A stretch of 29,248 nt of DNA from Deltaproteobacteria bacterium. GTDB taxonomy: Bacteria; Myxococcota; Myxococcia; Myxococcales; 40CM-4-68-19. The notes beneath the pieces were generated by a model. It did no database searches, was not told where the DNA came from, and saw only the letters and a list, made by a program, of their open reading frames with translations. The position numbers and the translations under genes were made by a program. The first letter of the stretch is position 1. The number at the start of each line of letters is the position of its first letter. This document shows, one piece after another, positions 25,613 to 29,248 of this stretch. Location of the stretch: positions 1-29,248 of the forward strand of contig JAFEBC010000100.1 in the NCBI GenBank assembly GCA_018266095.1, written 5' to 3'.

Positions 25613-26551
25613 ATGCCTGAGCTGCCCGACATCACCGTCTATCTGGACTCGCTGGCGGCGAAGGTGAAGGGCCGCCCGCTCGTGCAGGTGCGCCTCGCGA
25701 GCCCGTTCGTGTTGCGCACGTTCGATCCGCCGCTGTCGTCGGTGCAGGGGCTCGTGGTCGAGGAGCTGCTGCGTGTGGGCAAGCGGCTGGCGCTGCGGCT
25801 GGGGAAGGCCACGGGCGAGGACGGGCTCTGGCTCGTCATCCATCTGATGATCGCGGGCCGGCTCAAATGGGTGGCGGCGGGCGCGAAGGTGCCGGGCAAG
25901 GTGGGCTTGGCGGCCTTCGACTTCGAGGGCGGCACCGCGATTCTCACCGAGGCGTCGAGCAAGAAGCGCGCGTCGATCAAGCTGCTCAAGGGCGAGACGG
26001 CGCTGCACGCGGAGGATCGCGGCGGGGTGGAGCCGCTCGAGATCGATCTCGCGGCCTTCCGCGCGGCGCTGGTGAAGGAGAGCCACACGCTCAAGCGCAC
26101 GCTCACGGATCCGCGGCTGTTCTCGGGGATCGGCAACGCATACTCGGACGAGATCCTGCATCGGGCGCAGTTGTCGCCGGCGGCGCTCTCGACCAAGCTC
26201 ACGGACGAGGCGAGCGAGCGGCTGTTCGCGGCCACGCGCGAGGTGCTCATCGACTTCACCGCGCGGCTCAAGAAGGAAGCGGACGAGAACAAGGGCTGGC
26301 CCGAGAAGGTGACCGCGTTCCGCGAGGACTTCGCCGTGCACGGGAAGTACAAGCAGCCCTGCCCGGCCTGCGGGACCGCCGTGCAGCGCATCGCCTACGC
26401 CGACGACACCGAGACGAACTACTGTCCGCGCTGTCAGACCGGCGGCAAGCTGCTCAGCGATCGCGGGCTCGCGCGGCTGCTCAAGAGCGACTGGCCGAAG
26501 ACGATCGAAGAGCTCGAGGAGCGCATGCCGCAGCGCGCGCCCAAGGCCTGA
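25613..26551 (+). CDS. Fpg/Nei-family DNA glycosylase/AP lyase (PELPD subtype)
   Basis: N-terminal MPELPD (catalytic Pro2/Glu3), HLMIAG, H2TH LFSGIGNAYSDEILH, zinc finger CPACG...CPRCQ; GGAGG SD. Confidence 0.92.
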   Translation: MPELPDITVYLDSLAAKVKGRPLVQVRLASPFVLRTFDPPLSSVQGLVVEELLRVGKRLALRLGKATGEDGLWLVIHLMIAGRLKWVAAGAKVPGKVGLAAFDFEGGTAILTEASSKKRASIKLLKGETALHAEDRGGVEPLEIDLAAFRAALVKESHTLKRTLTDPRLFSGIGNAYSDEILHRAQLSPAALSTKLTDEASERLFAATREVLIDFTARLKKEADENKGWPEKVTAFREDFAVHGKYKQPCPACGTAVQRIAYADDTETNYCPRCQTGGKLLSDRGLARLLKSDWPKTIEELEERMPQRAPKA

Positions 26552-26597
26552 AGGCGGCGCACAGCCCAACGGCTTGGATCGATCGCGAACGATTCCA

Positions 26598-26624
26598 TTG
26601 ACATTTTTGCTCTCATGATAATCT
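26598..26624 (+). promoter_or_regulatory. Sigma70-type promoter (TTGACA plus extended -10 TGaTAATCT)
   Basis: TTGACA 26598-26603; TG 26616-17; TAATCT 26619-26624; ATG at 26633. The 15-nt spacer is short. Confidence 0.55.
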
Positions 26625-26632
26625 CTCGCGCC

Positions 26633-27937
26633 ATGCGATTGACCACTCTGCCGGCGCTCTGCGCCCTGTCCTCCGCTGCGCTGTTGATTGCACTGCCTGC
26701 CCGGGCCGACGACAACAAGCCGCCCGTGATCAGCGACGTGAAGTCTTCGTCGAGGGGTGGCTCGGTCTCGTTCGAGGCCAAGATCACCGACGAGACGGGC
26801 GTCCTGCAGGCCACGCTCTTCTATCGGAAGGGCGGCGGCAAGTGGACCGAACAGCCGATGACGAAGAATGACTTCGACGACGTGTTCAAGGCCACCGTGC
26901 CGGCGCCGGAGGAGTACTACATCCAGGCGACCGACCTGCTCGGCAACGGCCCCGCGCAGTACGGCACGTCGGCCAAGCCGATGGCGCTGGGCGGTGGCAA
27001 GGGCAAGACGGCCGTCGCGCAGGCCGAGCCGCCGCCTCCGCCGCCGCCGAGCGAGCCGCCGCCGGAGCCCAAGCCCAGGCGCCACCACGAGGAGGCCCCG
27101 CAGGGCGAGCCGCCGCCTCCGCCGCCCGAGCACCACAAGAAGACCGCGGCCGCCGCCAAGCCCGCGCCGCCCGTGATCGAGCACCGCCACATCAACGCGC
27201 AGCCGCCGGAGGGCAACGCGTTCACGCTGCGCATCCGCATCCACTCGGAGGCCGGCATCAAGACGGCCGCCATCTACGTGCGTCAGGCCGGCTCGCCGAG
27301 CTGGAAGGCCTCCATCCCGCTGGTCAACAACGACGGCGACTCGTGGTCGGTGGAGCTGCCGCCCGCGGTCACGCACGGCGAGATCGAGTACCTCATCGCG
27401 GCGAAGGACAACGCCGACCAGCAGGTCAACTTCGGCGACGGCAGCCCGTCGACGCCGTTCAAGCTCACCTTCAAGAGCGCGGGCGGCGCCGCGGAGGGCG
27501 CCCGGCCGGCGCAGGTGTTCACCATCTCGCACGCCTCGCCGTTCCGCGTGGAGCCGCGCCGTCCGATCGTGCTGCGCGCCCAGATCTCGCCGGGCAACAT
27601 CGAATCGCTCACCGAGGACAAGGCCGCCGACGCCGAGGCCAAGGTGGCGAGCGCCAAGGTGCAGATCCTCTATCGCGGCCAGGACGCCAACGATCAGGTG
27701 ATCGACATGACGCCCGACGCGAACGGCGGCTTGGGCGGCTTCATCGTCGAGCTCCCGGCGCAGTTCGAGGGCGAGGTGCTCTACTACCAGGTGGTCGCGT
27801 GCGCGGACACGGAGTGCGCCATCGACACCGGCTCCAAGAAGAAGTGGAACGCGGTGCTGATCTCGTCGTCTCCCGGCCAGGCTCCGGCCGCGATCGACGC
27901 GGTCAGCTCGAAGGCGCCGGCGGGGCTGCCAGAGTAA
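26633..27937 (+). CDS. Secreted hypothetical protein (~434 aa) with three Ig-like beta-sandwich domains and a Pro-rich linker
   Basis: Signal peptide ending PARA; repeated domain starts PPVISD and PPVIEH, with YYIQATD / YLIAAKD / YYQVVAC strands; EPPPPPPP linker. Confidence 0.8.
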   Translation: MRLTTLPALCALSSAALLIALPARADDNKPPVISDVKSSSRGGSVSFEAKITDETGVLQATLFYRKGGGKWTEQPMTKNDFDDVFKATVPAPEEYYIQATDLLGNGPAQYGTSAKPMALGGGKGKTAVAQAEPPPPPPPSEPPPEPKPRRHHEEAPQGEPPPPPPEHHKKTAAAAKPAPPVIEHRHINAQPPEGNAFTLRIRIHSEAGIKTAAIYVRQAGSPSWKASIPLVNNDGDSWSVELPPAVTHGEIEYLIAAKDNADQQVNFGDGSPSTPFKLTFKSAGGAAEGARPAQVFTISHASPFRVEPRRPIVLRAQISPGNIESLTEDKAADAEAKVASAKVQILYRGQDANDQVIDMTPDANGGLGGFIVELPAQFEGEVLYYQVVACADTECAIDTGSKKKWNAVLISSSPGQAPAAIDAVSSKAPAGLPE

Positions 27938-27960
27938 CGGCGCCCGCAGCCGCAGCCTGT

Positions 27961-28036
27961 TGGGGGTCCAGGGGGAGCGGCAGCTCACCCCTGGTGGAGG
28001 TTTCCCGAAGGGAGACTGGATCGTGGAGCGCCCCAG
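27961..28036. repeat. REP-like multi-hairpin intergenic element
   Basis: CCAGGGG-GAGC-GGCA-GCTC-A-CCCCTGG (27968-27994) and GTTTCCC-GAA-GGGAGAC (28000-28016), loosely closed by TGGGG.../...CCCCA. Confidence 0.4.
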
Positions 28037-28114
28037 AGATGTGTTCGGACGTCCGGCTTTTCGAAGTTCAACGATGGATGTAGGCCCGTGTTCGCCCCCT
28101 TGCTCGCAGATGTG

Positions 28115-29248
28115 ATGTCGTCGCCCCTGGCCGGGCCGCTGGTGTTCGTCGCGCTCGCGTTCGTGGGCGCGACGGTCGTGGTGCGGCTCAAGAAGAAGCC
28201 GTCGCTGCCGCCCGCGAAGCCGGTCGAGAAGCCGGTCACCATCGAGCTGCCGCAGCCGGCGCCGAAGGTGGCCGTCGTCGACACCACGCTCTCGGAGGCC
28301 GAGCAGAAGGCGGCGGCCGAGCGGCACGCGCGCGAGCAGAAGGCGCGCGAGGAGCAGGCGCAGGCGGAGGCCAAGGCCGCAGCGGCGAAGCAGGCGCTCG
28401 AGTCCGCCACCGACGAGAAGTCCCGGGCGGCCGCGCAGGCCGAGGTGGACCGCCTCGCGCGTGAGGCGGACGAGAAGAAGCGCAAGGCCGACTACGAGGC
28501 GCGCAAGGCCGCCGAGGCCGACGAGAAGAAGCAGAAGGCGCTCGACGCGGAGGCGCGCGCGACCGCTGAAGCGCAGGCCAAGCTGGACGCAGAAGCGAAG
28601 GCGCGCGAGGAGAAGGCGCGCGAGCAGGCGGCGCGGCAGAAGCTGGTCGAGCAGGAGTCGGGCCGGACGCTCTCGGAGGGCCTGGCGAAGACGCGCGGCG
28701 GCTTCATGGCGCGGCTCAACGCGCTCTTGGGCACCGGCAAGGCGCTCGACGAGGCCGCGCTGGGGGAGCTCGAGGAGATCCTCTTCTCGGCCGACGTGGG
28801 CGTGAAGACGGCCACCACGCTGCTCGAGAGCGTGCGCGAGCGGCTCAAGCGCAAGGAGCTCGCGGACCTCTCGAAGGTGAAGGCGGCGCTGCGCGAGGAG
28901 ATCGAGCGCATCCTGGGCCTGGGCGCCGCGCCGGGTGCCGCGGGACACGGCGGGTTGCCAGCGCTGGCCGCGGGCGTGGCCGGGCCGCAGGTGGTGATGA
29001 TCGTGGGCGTGAACGGCGTGGGCAAGACGACCACCATCGGCAAGCTCGCGAGCAAGCTGACCGCCTCGGGCAAGAAGGTCCTGCTCGGCGCCGGCGACAC
29101 CTTCCGCGCCGCGGCGGGCGAGCAGCTCGACGTGTGGGCCGATCGCGCGGGCGTGGCCATCGTGCGCGGCAAGGACGGCGGCGATCCGGGCGCGGTCCTC
29201 TTCGACTCGGTGAGCAAGGGCAAGAACGAGGGCTTCGACATCGTCCTC
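28115..29248 (+). CDS. ftsY: Signal recognition particle receptor FtsY (runs off the window end), with an N-terminal TM helix and an Ala/Glu/Lys-rich coiled coil
   Basis: Open frame from ATG 28115 (or GTG 28088) to the end: LEEILFSADVGVKTA, IVGVNGVGKTTTIGKLA, GAGDTFRAAAGEQL, DPGAVLFD. Absent from the ORF track because it has no stop in the window. Confidence 0.95.
   Translation, partial: MSSPLAGPLVFVALAFVGATVVVRLKKKPSLPPAKPVEKPVTIELPQPAPKVAVVDTTLSEAEQKAAAERHAREQKAREEQAQAEAKAAAAKQALESATDEKSRAAAQAEVDRLAREADEKKRKADYEARKAAEADEKKQKALDAEARATAEAQAKLDAEAKAREEKAREQAARQKLVEQESGRTLSEGLAKTRGGFMARLNALLGTGKALDEAALGELEEILFSADVGVKTATTLLESVRERLKRKELADLSKVKAALREEIERILGLGAAPGAAGHGGLPALAAGVAGPQVVMIVGVNGVGKTTTIGKLASKLTASGKKVLLGAGDTFRAAAGEQLDVWADRAGVAIVRGKDGGDPGAVLFDSVSKGKNEGFDIVL

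Noticed and set aside
23851-25620. 589-aa plus ORF containing PADFTHLHL as a possible second dnaE
   Set aside because: Only ~12 codons match, there is no start codon at the match, and the rest is antisense to the TIGR01777 gene. Treated as an inverted repeat.
27961-28036. SRP (4.5S) RNA or riboswitch next to ftsY
   Set aside because: I could not find the SRP helix-8 signature (CAGG...GGAA...AGCAG) or a recognisable riboswitch core.
24422-28948. 1508-aa minus-strand ORF
   Set aside because: Antisense to the VOC, Fpg, Ig-protein and ftsY genes; no domain signal.

Overview
High-GC window whose gene content (S41 protease with a myxobacterial-type C-terminal extension, DAG-repeat and Cys-rich lipoproteins, TPR proteins with C-terminal Gly-rich anchors) points to a Myxococcota/deltaproteobacterial genome (inference). 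Left part (319-12450, minus strand): an apparently translationally coupled envelope operon with two paralogous giant lipoproteins (Cys-rich N-terminus, Ig-like repeats, beta-propeller, shared disulfide-type C-terminal tail), two exported proteins sharing one C-terminal membrane anchor (TPR and TolB-N/PEGA-like), a frameshift-scrambled lytic-transglycosylase-like remnant and a Cys-rich secreted protein. An S41 protease and a decayed beta-barrel gene lie upstream. Right part is mostly housekeeping: threonine ammonia-lyase, CHASE3-PAS-GGDEF cyclase, dnaE, TIGR01777 epimerase-like, VOC protein, Fpg/Nei glycosylase, a secreted triple-Ig protein and a partial ftsY. Notable non-coding signals: a ~400-bp imperfect palindrome containing an antisense copy of the first codons of dnaE, a 137-bp element with perfect 27-bp terminal inverted repeats, a nested dyad at the lipoprotein-operon promoter, and several likely leaderless promoters. 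All calls come from reading motifs by eye; no database search was run.
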